Source: Bacillota bacterium
GTDB taxonomy: Bacteria; Bacillota; Sulfobacillia; JAJZYS01; JAJYTV01
Direction of reading: 5' to 3'
Assembly: GCA_021847575.1 (NCBI GenBank)
Contig: JAJZQO010000001.1
Span: 31,415 to 95,414, forward strand
Length of the DNA: 64,000 bases
Shown piece by piece: positions 50,999 to 64,000 of the stretch. A program made the position numbers and the translations under genes. Numbering within the stretch: the stretch's first letter is position 1; the number at the start of each line of letters is the position of its first letter. The notes beneath the pieces were generated by a model, which saw only the letters and a program-made list of their open reading frames with translations, did no database searches and was not told where the DNA came from.

Positions 50999-51597
50999 GT
51001 GCGCGGTTCCCCGAACCTGTCGCCAGGCTGATCGAGGAACTGGCCAAGCTGCCCGGCATCGGTCCGAAATCGGCCCAGCGCCTTGCCTACCATCTGCTCA
51101 ACCAGGACGAGGCCTCTATCAGACGCCTGGCGGACGCCTTAGTTGGCGCCAAGCAGCGCGTCGTGCGCTGTAACGTCTGCCAGAATATCGCCGACCGGGA
51201 TCCTTGCGAGATCTGCAGCGACACCCGCAGGGACAAGACCACGCTGCTGGTCGTGGAGGATGCGCGCGATGTCGTGGCCATCGAGCGCACGGCGGAGTAC
51301 AGGGGACTTTATCATGTGCTGGGCGGCACCATCTCGCCGATGGAGGGGATCGGGCCCGAACAGCTTCATGTGCGCGAACTGGTTGCGCGGCTCGGCCAGG
51401 AGCCGATCGCAGAGGTCATCCTCGCCACCGACCCTGATGTGGAGGGAGACGCTACAGCACTCTACATCGCACGCCTTGTGCGGCGTGATGACCTCAAAGT
51501 GACCAGGATCGCTCGGGGGCTTCCTGTCGGCGGCGATATCGACTTCGCGGACGAGGTGACGCTGGTCCGCGCCCTGGAGGGCAGACAGGCCTTCTGA
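50995..51597 (+). CDS. recR: Recombination mediator RecR
   Basis: [14 protein letters not shown]4 zinc finger, YHVLGG, TOPRIM. Confidence 0.97.
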   Translation: MSARFPEPVARLIEELAKLPGIGPKSAQRLAYHLLNQDEASIRRLADALVGAKQRVVRCNVCQNIADRDPCEICSDTRRDKTTLLVVEDARDVVAIERTAEYRGLYHVLGGTISPMEGIGPEQLHVRELVARLGQEPIAEVILATDPDVEGDATALYIARLVRRDDLKVTRIARGLPVGGDIDFADEVTLVRALEGRQAF

Positions 51598-51763
51598 GCC
51601 CGCGCCGGGCGGGCGTTCACCGCTATGCACCGACCCATCCATTTGTTATCCTGCATCTGGTGTGCATTCGCGCGGCTCCGGTCACGAGGGGCTGCGCTTC
51701 ATGCAGAAGCCCGAGCAGAACGAAAGGGGGACAGCATCCGACCTTAACGTCGAGATGCGGCAA

Positions 51764-53770
51764 ATGAGTTTCTCGCAGGTGTTGATTCCGGTCATCGCCG
51801 CGCTCATCGCAATCGTCTTCGGCATCTTCCTCATTTCGTCGGTGCTGCGCATGAGCGCGGGCAACGATCGCATGCAGCAGATCTCGAAGGCGATTCAGCA
51901 GGGCGCAATGGCTTACATGAACCGCCAGTACACCACGGTGGGCATCGTGGCGATCGTCCTGTTCCTCATCATTGGCTTCGCACTCGGTTTCCAGACCGGG
52001 ATCTACTTTCTGATCGGTGCCATTCTGTCCGGCGCGGCCGGGTACACGGGAATGAACGTGGCGGTGCGCGCCAATGTGCGCACGGCTGAAGCCGCTCGCC
52101 AGGGTCTAGGTGCCGCCCTGCGCGTCGCAACGCGCGGTGGCGCGGTCACGGGCCTCATGGTGGTGGGCCTCGGCCTTCTTGGTACCTCCATCCTTAGCCT
52201 CTTTGTGCATGATCCCGCAGCCCTCGTGGGTTACGGGTTCGGCGCGTCGCTGATCTCGGCGTTCGCCCGATTGGGCGGCGGTATCTACACCAAGGCGGCT
52301 GACGTCGGTGCCGACCTCGTCGGCAAGGTCGAGGCTGGCATCCCGGAGGATGACCCACGCAACCCGGCTGTTATCGCGGACAACGTCGGCGACAACGTCG
52401 GCGACTGCGCCGGCATGGCGGCTGACCTCTTCGAGACGTACGTCGTCACGACGGTCGCGACCATGCTGCTAGGCTACCTGCTGTTCAACGGCGCGTCGTA
52501 CGCCCTCGTCTACCCGCTCGTCCTGGGCGGCATTTCGATGGTCGCGTCGGTCATCGGCATCATCTTCGTCGGATCGCCGACCGAGGGTAGCCGGGTCATG
52601 AACGCCCTCTACCGCGGCGTCTGGGTGAACGCCATCCTGGCGCTGGTGGGCTTCTACTTCGCGACGACCTACTACTTGCATGACATCAAGTACTTTGTGG
52701 CCGCGATCATTGGTGTCGCGATCACGCTGATCCTGATGTACATCACAGACTACTACACCTCGGCACGGTTCAGCCCTGTCAAAGGTATCGCGGAGGCTTC
52801 GGTCACCGGTCACGCGACCAACATCATCTCGGGCTTCGCCGTCGCACTGAAGTCCACGGGCTGGCCGGTCATCGTGATCTCGATCGGCATCATCGCCGCC
52901 TACACCATCGCCGGCATCTACGGGGTGGGTGTCGCGGCCATGGCGCTCATCTCGATGGCAGGCATGATCGTCACCCTGGACTCCTTCGGCCCGATCACCG
53001 ACAACGCTGGCGGCATCGCGGAGATGGCCGACATGCCGGAGTCGGTGCGCAATGTCACCGACCCGCTGGACTCGGTGGGCAACACGACGAAGGCTGTTAC
53101 GAAGGGCTACGCGATTGGTTCGGCCGCGCTGGCGGCGCTCGTGCTCTTCTACTCCTTCACGCGAGTCCTCACCGACACGACCCACACCTCTATGCGCTTC
53201 GACCTCTCCAACCCGTTGGTCCTGATCGGGCTCTTTCTGGGCGGCATCTTGCCGTTCATCTTCTCGTCACGGACCATCGAGGCGGTTGGACGCGCGGCGT
53301 TCCACATTGTCGAGGAGGTTCGTCGCCAGTTCCGCGAGATCCCGGGTATCATGGAGGGCACGGCAATGCCGGACTACGCCCGCAGCGTCGACATCGTGAC
53401 GAAGGCTGCCCTGCACGAGATGATCGTGCCCGCGTTGATCCCGGTCCTCGCGCCGCTGTTGATCGGCTTCATCCTTGGCCCTGTCGCTCTCGGTGCCGCC
53501 CTGATCGGGTCGATCGTGACCGGCCTGATGCTGGCGATCATGATGACCGCCGGCGGTGGCGCCTGGGACAACGCGAAGAAGTACATCGAGGATGGCAACT
53601 TCGGGGGCAAGGGCACCCTGGCGCACCAGGCGTCGGTCACAGGGGACACGGTCGGCGACCCGTTCAAGGATACGGCAGGTCCGGCCATCAACCCGATGAT
53701 CAAGATCATCAACGTTGTTGCCCTTCTAATCGCGCCGTTGGTTGCAACCCACTTCCTGCTGCACCTCTAG
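51764..53770 (+). CDS. hppA: Membrane-bound H+-translocating pyrophosphatase, K+-independent type
   Basis: [36 protein letters not shown]. Confidence 0.93.
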   Translation: MSFSQVLIPVIAALIAIVFGIFLISSVLRMSAGNDRMQQISKAIQQGAMAYMNRQYTTVGIVAIVLFLIIGFALGFQTGIYFLIGAILSGAAGYTGMNVAVRANVRTAEAARQGLGAALRVATRGGAVTGLMVVGLGLLGTSILSLFVHDPAALVGYGFGASLISAFARLGGGIYTKAADVGADLVGKVEAGIPEDDPRNPAVIADNVGDNVGDCAGMAADLFETYVVTTVATMLLGYLLFNGASYALVYPLVLGGISMVASVIGIIFVGSPTEGSRVMNALYRGVWVNAILALVGFYFATTYYLHDIKYFVAAIIGVAITLILMYITDYYTSARFSPVKGIAEASVTGHATNIISGFAVALKSTGWPVIVISIGIIAAYTIAGIYGVGVAAMALISMAGMIVTLDSFGPITDNAGGIAEMADMPESVRNVTDPLDSVGNTTKAVTKGYAIGSAALAALVLFYSFTRVLTDTTHTSMRFDLSNPLVLIGLFLGGILPFIFSSRTIEAVGRAAFHIVEEVRRQFREIPGIMEGTAMPDYARSVDIVTKAALHEMIVPALIPVLAPLLIGFILGPVALGAALIGSIVTGLMLAIMMTAGGGAWDNAKKYIEDGNFGGKGTLAHQASVTGDTVGDPFKDTAGPAINPMIKIINVVALLIAPLVATHFLLHL

Positions 53771-53934
53771 GCGAAGGTGCAGGCGCCCGCACCGGTACAG
53801 CCGGGGCGGGCGCCTTGCTTGTATATGCCCGGCATGGGCGCGTGACCCCGATGGTGAGAGTCCAGCACCGGGGTTGCTGCCTCAACCGTTAGCCGAAGGA
53901 CAGGGCATCCACCCCTGTCGGGCAAGGCCCGCCT

Positions 53935-54432
53935 TCAGATGTAGCGCGGGGCGACGGCCGCGTAACGCGCGGACCACGCCGGGATAACGGTACCGTCCAA
54001 ATGTGCAGTCAGGCGATCGAGGTACGCATGGGTGCCGGGGACGAACCCCCTGGCGTCGTGCGGTTTCAGGCCGCTGTGACTGAAGGTCAGAACGGTCCCG
54101 TCGCCATCGGAGACGAGTTCGTAGCGCACCATGCTGGCGCTTACGATCGCCTGGTGCCATTCGTGCCCCAACACATGCGGCGGATCCCACACCACAATTC
54201 GGCCGCTCATGTGCTTTGCCGACGTGGGCACTGGAGGGTCGTCGGGGTCGGTTTCGATCATGCCACCTGCGCGGGGCTCGATCGTGGTTTGTCCGAACCA
54301 CCGAGCCCGGTGCTCCGGGTCCGTGATCGCCTGCCACACTCGCTCTATGGGGTGTGCCAGACGCCGCACGAAGATCAATGTGGCGACGTCATCCTCGATC
54401 CTTACGGTGCCCGTGTCGTCGAAGATCTGCAT
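53935..54432 (-). CDS. SRPBCC/AHSA1 family protein
   Basis: RRLAHPIERVWQAITDPEHRARWF, WDPP. Confidence 0.85.
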   Translation of the reverse strand: MQIFDDTGTVRIEDDVATLIFVRRLAHPIERVWQAITDPEHRARWFGQTTIEPRAGGMIETDPDDPPVPTSAKHMSGRIVVWDPPHVLGHEWHQAIVSASMVRYELVSDGDGTVLTFSHSGLKPHDARGFVPGTHAYLDRLTAHLDGTVIPAWSARYAAVAPRYI

Positions 54433-54947
54433 CCGCTAGCTCACTTGCCTTTCTTAACCTGTGGATGGTCCATCGTAACCATGGTCCGGGGAGATGACAG
54501 AGAACCTACCCCGGCGGCTTTGAGACGCACTTCAATCATGCGTCCAAAGGGGCAGACCGGAGTAGCCCGTCAGATCGTCCGTGAAGGTGCCGGCATGAGA
54601 CCAAGCCCCCAGACGATCACGGGTCAACTCCCCGAGTCTTTCTGCCATGGCCCAAAGGTTCCTGTCGTGCCAGCCTTATCGAGCTCCAGCAAGAGAGCAG
54701 GTCGAAGCGTCTGCGTCGCTGCGTCGCAGGCGTTGACGTCTAAGCCGATCATGGTCCCCTGGCGAGGACTACCGTCGGGATAGCGGCCGGGCTCGGCGGG
54801 AGCCGCAAAGACATCCATGGTATATGGGACTCGGCATTTACCGCCAAGATGATATGCACTCATGCGGTGGCCACTGCCGCTGCCCAAGCAGGCCGCTCGT
54901 GTCTTACCCCTACGGCGTTGGGCAAAGATGGCGCCGGGTGATGCAAA

Positions 54948-55172
54948 GTGCATTGGACTTCGGTCTGGGAACTGGCTGCCGGCCATGCGGGAGTGGCCGG
55001 ACAGCAGGACGTGGAACTGTTCGACCTTGCGCAGGCAGCCAAGCGGGAACTGGAGGCGGCTCGGGCACAGTTCGAGGAAGTGCGCGATCCGGATCTTGTC
55101 GATCACGCAATCTTTCGCATGCAGGCCGCCGAACGCCACTACGTATACCTCCTGCGCGAAGCTGGACGCTGA
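54948..55172 (+). CDS. yaaL: YaaL/DUF2508 family protein
   Basis: DPDLVDHAIFRMQAAERHYVYLLREA; upstream of bofA. Confidence 0.85.
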   Translation: MHWTSVWELAAGHAGVAGQQDVELFDLAQAAKRELEAARAQFEEVRDPDLVDHAIFRMQAAERHYVYLLREAGR

Positions 55173-55291
55173 CCGCACCCCCCCGAAGCGGGTATTGGGA
55201 ATGCCAGATCGGGGGACACGCCTGACCATCGGTAACTAGTCCTTCTTTCCTTGAGCGGCGAGTCATAGACTGCCGCAAGAGGTGATCCTGC

Positions 55292-55552
55292 ATGGCCGCC
55301 CTGTGGCCGTATGGTGCGGGCGTCGTCGGGGGGCTTGCCCTGCTCTACTGGATGCTGCCGGACGTCGCGCAGACAGTGCTAGTGATCGCAATGCGCCTGC
55401 TCGCCGGCGGCGCTGTGCTCTATGGGGCGGATCTGCTGATGAAGCCATACGGCTTCGCGATCGGGGTCAACCCCGTGACAGCCGGCGTCCTGGGCTTCCT
55501 TGGGGTACCCGGGGCCGCGGTGCTGCTCCTCTGGCACGGTCTCTACGGGTAA
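55292..55552 (+). CDS. bofA: Pro-sigmaK processing inhibitor BofA family
   Basis: IGVNPVTAGVLGFLGVPG signature; GAGGTG RBS. Confidence 0.85.
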   Translation: MAALWPYGAGVVGGLALLYWMLPDVAQTVLVIAMRLLAGGAVLYGADLLMKPYGFAIGVNPVTAGVLGFLGVPGAAVLLLWHGLYG

Positions 55553-55646
55553 AGAGGCAGCTTCAGCATGCATACCGCTCGGCAGGGGGCAAGGACCTTC
55601 TGGGCGAAGCAGGTCGCCCATGCGAACTGCAAGCGGAGGGGACGCA

Positions 55647-56429
55647 ATGCTGGCGCCAGGTACGCTGAAAGGGCAGGTTGCCATCGTCACGGGTGGCGGT
55701 ACCGGCATCGGACTTGGCATCGCACGTGAGATCGGCCGACTCGGCGGGATCGTCGTGCTGGCGAGCAGGAATCGGGAACATCTCGCGTCTGCGGTGGAAG
55801 AGCTCAAGCGGGACGGTGTCGAGGCGGCTTTCCACGCCACGGACGTCCGTGATCCGGAGAATGTCGAAGAACTGGTCGCAAGCACGCTGGAGCGGTTCGG
55901 CCAGCTTGACATCCTTGTAAACAACGCAGCAGGGAACTTTATCGTCGACGCGGACAAGCTCTCGGTGAACGGCTTCAATGCGGTGGTAGGCATCGTGCTC
56001 CATGGCACGTTCCACTGCACGCGAGCGGCTGGGCTCGAGATGATTCGCAGCGGCCGCGGGGGCAAGATCCTGAACCTTGTCGCCGCTTACGCCTGGACTG
56101 GCGGTCCGAAGACGCTCCACTCGGCGGTGGCCAAGGCGGGTGTGGTTGCGATGACGCGAACACTGGCGGTCGAGTGGGCGCAGCATGGCATCCGCGTCAA
56201 TGCGCTCTGCCCGGGGCCCGTTGATACCGAAATGTCCCGGGCACAGCTCTGGGCTGCACCCGAGATCCGCGACCAACTGCTCCGCTCTGTGCCCGTAGGA
56301 CGCTTCGGCAGCGTCGAGGAGGTCGCGCAGGCGGCATCATATCTGGTCTCGCCTTATGCCGACTTTATCAACGGCGAGGTGCTGGTCATCGACGGTGGCG
56401 AGTGGCTGGGAAAGGGGTTTGCGGGCTAG
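55647..56429 (+). CDS. SDR, 2,4-dienoyl-CoA reductase (FadH-like)
   Basis: TGGGTGIG, NNAAGNF, AYAWTG, HSAVAKAGV, IDGGEWL. Confidence 0.85.
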   Translation: MLAPGTLKGQVAIVTGGGTGIGLGIAREIGRLGGIVVLASRNREHLASAVEELKRDGVEAAFHATDVRDPENVEELVASTLERFGQLDILVNNAAGNFIVDADKLSVNGFNAVVGIVLHGTFHCTRAAGLEMIRSGRGGKILNLVAAYAWTGGPKTLHSAVAKAGVVAMTRTLAVEWAQHGIRVNALCPGPVDTEMSRAQLWAAPEIRDQLLRSVPVGRFGSVEEVAQAASYLVSPYADFINGEVLVIDGGEWLGKGFAG

Positions 56430-56483
56430 AAGTCGGGCTCGCCCCTGTTATGCGCAACCGACCCTTGCAACCTTGGAGGTGGT

Positions 56484-56717
56484 GTGGTGGACGTCGTCGT
56501 GGACTCGCGCTGGGTACAGGGCTTTCCTCCGCTCATGCCTCGGCAGGTGGAGAAGAAGCTGGAGTCGGCCGAACTCGCACTGGTTCGTGAAGCCGCCCGG
56601 GCGGGCGATCTGTATGTGCGTCTCGACAGCGCTGAGGGCGAGCGGATTCAGGTGGAGAACATCTGGTTCAACCCGCACGACCAGAGTCGCATCACATTCA
56701 TCCTGCGGAACCCCTGA
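56484..56717 (+). CDS. Hypothetical protein (77 aa)
   Basis: GGAGGTG RBS, coding-like composition. Confidence 0.55.
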   Translation: MVDVVVDSRWVQGFPPLMPRQVEKKLESAELALVREAARAGDLYVRLDSAEGERIQVENIWFNPHDQSRITFILRNP

Positions 56718-56885
56718 CTGCGTCCGCAGCGCCCTCTCGCCGGTTTTCATGTGGCATCGCCGGGCACCAGGAACCCGAAGCAGGCGATACCTTGTGCCGA
56801 ATTCGCAACGCGAGGTTGCATGCTCCTCGTGTTCGGCGGATGCCTTGTTATAATGGAGAAAGTTTTCACACGTTGGAGGATGACG

Positions 56886-58337
56886 ATGTCCGCAGTTCGT
56901 ACCCGCTACGCTCCAAGCCCCACGGGGTACATGCATCTGGGCAACCTGCGCACGGGCCTCTACGCATACCTCACGGCCAAGAGGAAGGGTGGACAGTTCG
57001 TCCTGCGCATCGAGGACACCGACCAGGAGCGCAAGCGTGAGGGTGCGGTGCAGGCGATCTACGACACGCTTGCAAGGGTCGGCTTGCAGCACGACGAAGG
57101 TCCGGACGTGGGCGGCCCTTATGGGCCGTACGTCCAGAGCGAGAGGCTCGAGATCTACCACCGTTATGCCCAGGAGCTCATCGAACTTGGTGGGGCATAC
57201 CGCTGCTTCTGCACACCGGAGGAGAGCGAGGCGCAACGCGCGGAAGCCCGGCTTCATAAGCGGCCCTTCAAGGATATGAACTGCCGGTCTTTGACGGCGG
57301 ATGAGATTGCCGAGCGGATTGCGGCTGGCGTCCCGTCAGTTGTGCGCCAGCTCACGCCTCTGACGGGCAGCACGAGTTACGACGATGTGGTATTTGGCCA
57401 CATCTCTATTGACAACGCGGAACTCGACGACAGCGTCCTGCTCAAGTCCGATGGCTTTCCCACCTACAACTTCGCCAACGTAGTGGATGACCACCTTATG
57501 CGGATCACCCACGTGATGCGCGGAGCAGAGTACCTCTCGTCCACGCCGAAGTACATCCTCCTCTACGAGACCTTCGGGTGGGACATCCCCGTGCACATCC
57601 ACTTGCCGGCGATCAACAAATCGGCGACGGAGAAACTCAGCAAACGGCATGGTGACGCGTCGTTCGAGGACTATTACAACAAAGGGTACCTGCCGCAGGC
57701 GATCCTGAACTACGTGGCGCTGCTCGGCTGGGCACCGGGAAATGACGAGGAGTTCTTCACGCTCGAAGAGATGGTTCGGCGCTTCAGCCTCGAGGGACTT
57801 TCGAAATCACCGTCCATCTTCGATCCAGTCAAGATGCGCTGGATGAACGGCGAGTACCTCCGGCGGATGTCTGCCGAGGAGTTCCACCGTCTCGCTCTTG
57901 CCTGGTATCCGCAGGGTCTGCTTGAGGCGAGCGTGGACCTGCATGAACTTAGCCGTCTGCTGCAAAGCCGTATCGCGATTCTCTCGGAGATCCCCGAGCA
58001 GGTTGATTTCGTGCTGGCATTGCCTGACTACGACGTTGCGCTCTACACGCACAAGAAAATGAAGACGAATCCGGAGGTCGCTCGCCGTAGCCTGCAGGCC
58101 GCCCGTGAAAGAATAGCGGGGCTCGCACCCTTCGACCGCGCGAGTTTGCATGCGGCGCTCGAGTCCCTCGCGGGAGAGCTGGGCCTGAAGAATGGCCAGG
58201 TGATGTATCCGGTTCGCGTTGCGCTTTCGGGCAAGGAATTCACACCTGGCGGGGCAAGTGAACTCGCCGAACTGTTCGGACGTGACGAGGTCCTGCACAG
58301 GATTGATGTGGGCATCGGGAAGCTCGAGAACGCCTAG
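56886..58337 (+). CDS. gltX: Glutamate--tRNA ligase
   Basis: RYAPSPTGYMHLGN (HIGH), RIEDTD, KLSKR (KMSKS). Confidence 0.97.
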   Translation: MSAVRTRYAPSPTGYMHLGNLRTGLYAYLTAKRKGGQFVLRIEDTDQERKREGAVQAIYDTLARVGLQHDEGPDVGGPYGPYVQSERLEIYHRYAQELIELGGAYRCFCTPEESEAQRAEARLHKRPFKDMNCRSLTADEIAERIAAGVPSVVRQLTPLTGSTSYDDVVFGHISIDNAELDDSVLLKSDGFPTYNFANVVDDHLMRITHVMRGAEYLSSTPKYILLYETFGWDIPVHIHLPAINKSATEKLSKRHGDASFEDYYNKGYLPQAILNYVALLGWAPGNDEEFFTLEEMVRRFSLEGLSKSPSIFDPVKMRWMNGEYLRRMSAEEFHRLALAWYPQGLLEASVDLHELSRLLQSRIAILSEIPEQVDFVLALPDYDVALYTHKKMKTNPEVARRSLQAARERIAGLAPFDRASLHAALESLAGELGLKNGQVMYPVRVALSGKEFTPGGASELAELFGRDEVLHRIDVGIGKLENA

Positions 58338-58540
58338 CGCGGCGTGGCCAGGCCCAAACGCGATTTGGGCTTGCTTTTGCGTTCAAAGGCCCTCCAGCCC
58401 ACCGGCACCGACCGTTTGACATATCCCCTGATGTCCTGGCCTTTTTGCCCGGCCGGGCCAAGCAGTTGCGGCCCTTCGAGGGCGCTCTGGAGCGGCTTTT
58501 CAGCGTATCGAACCTACCGGAGAGGCACCAAAAAACTCTG

Positions 58541-58569
58541 TTGCATGGGTCGTGGGCCGGTGCTATACT
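58541..58569 (+). promoter_or_regulatory. SigA promoter of tRNA-Gln/Glu
   Basis: TTGCAT-17 bp-TATACT. Confidence 0.65.
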
Positions 58570-58584
58570 CATTCGTGCTGACGG

Positions 58585-58658
58585 TGGGGAGTGGTGTAAC
58601 GGTAGCACTACAGACTCTGGCTCTGTCAGTGAGGGTTCGAATCCTTCCTCCCCAACCA
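58585..58658 (+). tRNA. tRNA-Gln(CTG)
   Basis: Cloverleaf, anticodon loop CTCTGGC, U1-A72, CCA. Confidence 0.95.
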
Positions 58659-58665
58659 GAGTTTC

Positions 58666-58741
58666 GGCCCAATCGTCTAGAGGCCTAGGACGCCGCGCTC
58701 TCAATGCGGTAACACCGGTTCGAATCCGGTTTGGGCCACCA
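58666..58741 (+). tRNA. tRNA-Glu(CTC)
   Basis: Cloverleaf, anticodon loop CTCTCAA, CCA. Confidence 0.95.
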
Positions 58742-58765
58742 AGTTGCGCTCCAGCAGCTTCCGGA

Positions 58766-58914
58766 TTGACGGAACGCTAACGGGGCGCATAAAATCGGGC
58801 CTTGCGACGGACGCTCCGTGTTCCCCGAGCAAATGCCCAGAGGACTCGGAACCGATGCCGCGACCCGAACTCCAGGAACTGCCGCTTGACGGATAGTGAC
58901 TGGGCACATAGAAT
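58766..58914 (+). promoter_or_regulatory. Tandem rrn promoters P1/P2
   Basis: TTGACG-18-TAAAAT (58766-58795) and TTGACG-17-TAGAAT (58886-58914). Confidence 0.75.
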
Positions 58915-59013
58915 TAGGTCTTGCGACTGACGCACTCGGTCTTTGAAAACCGAACAGTAGGGAACTTGCGAGCGAACGTACAAAAAGTAAGAGCCTAGAG
59001 GCTCGAACCTGCA

Positions 59014-60550
<1,537 letters not shown>

Positions 60551-60642
60551 TAACTCCCTTCGGGGAGACGACTCCTAGGTCGATCCTCGCATGTTCTCCC
60601 TACTGTTCGGTTTTGAGAGACCGAGTCTCTCGGTTGAGTTTG

Positions 60643-60719
<77 letters not shown>

Positions 60720-60727
60720 AAATGTGT

Positions 60728-60802
60728 GGGGATGTAGCTTAGTGGGAGAGCGCCTGCTTTGCAAGCAGGAGGTCGGCGGTTCGAATCCGCCCATCTCCAC
60801 CA
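60728..60802 (+). tRNA. tRNA-Ala(TGC)
   Basis: ITS tRNA, anticodon loop TTTGCAA, G3-U70. Confidence 0.97.
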
Positions 60803-60843
60803 TCTGCCCTTAGGGGCGCGAGGACGTTGACAACTGCAAACGA

Positions 60844-63821
<2,978 letters not shown>

Positions 63822-63859
63822 TGTTTGCAGTTGTGAGCGCCCTCATAGGCACTCAGACC

Positions 63860-63979
63860 TTTCCGGTGGCCATAGCGGAGGTGCCCCACCCGTTCCCATC
63901 CCGAACACGGTAGTGAAAGCCTCCAGCGCCGAGGGTACTCGCTCCGAAAGGAGCCGGGAGAGTAGGTCGCCGCCGGGAA
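63860..63979 (+). rRNA. rrf: 5S rRNA
   Basis: CCCATCCCGAACAC, GAGAGTAGG; terminal pairing. Confidence 0.97.
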
Positions 63980-64000
63980 ACCTTCAGCCCCCCGCACCAG

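Overview
High-GC (roughly two-thirds G+C by eye) bacterial chromosome segment, most likely from an endospore-forming Bacillota lineage (bofA, yaaL, Bacillus-like tadA-ffs-dnaX-ybaB-recR order, full 16S-Ile-Ala-23S-5S operon). The right quarter (48.3-64 kb) is core genome. The left 48 kb is accessory metabolism: (i) a flavoenzyme/acyl-CoA catabolic operon with an HpaB/AbfD-fold protein lacking the AbfD Fe-S cysteines; (ii) a D-aminoacylase-TetR-kdd-permease-kal-kce cluster, i.e. the lower half of lysine fermentation without kamA/kamDE; (iii) an ~11 kb island around a two-subunit heme-copper oxidoreductase whose active-site Tyr is replaced by Asn (sNOR-like NO reductase), with a CtaG-like protein, hemerythrin, AhpD, OsmC, Crp/Fnr, DUF59, two DUF2249 proteins and two paralogous His-rich membrane proteins; (iv) a c-di-GMP module; (v) gltB-amt, where gltB is preceded by a canonical-looking lysine riboswitch with an SD-sequestering hairpin, an unexpected regulatory pairing. 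There is also an internally deleted IS200/IS605 remnant and several pseudogene fragments. No CRISPR array or prophage was seen. All calls come from reading motifs by eye; no searches were run, and start codons are best estimates.
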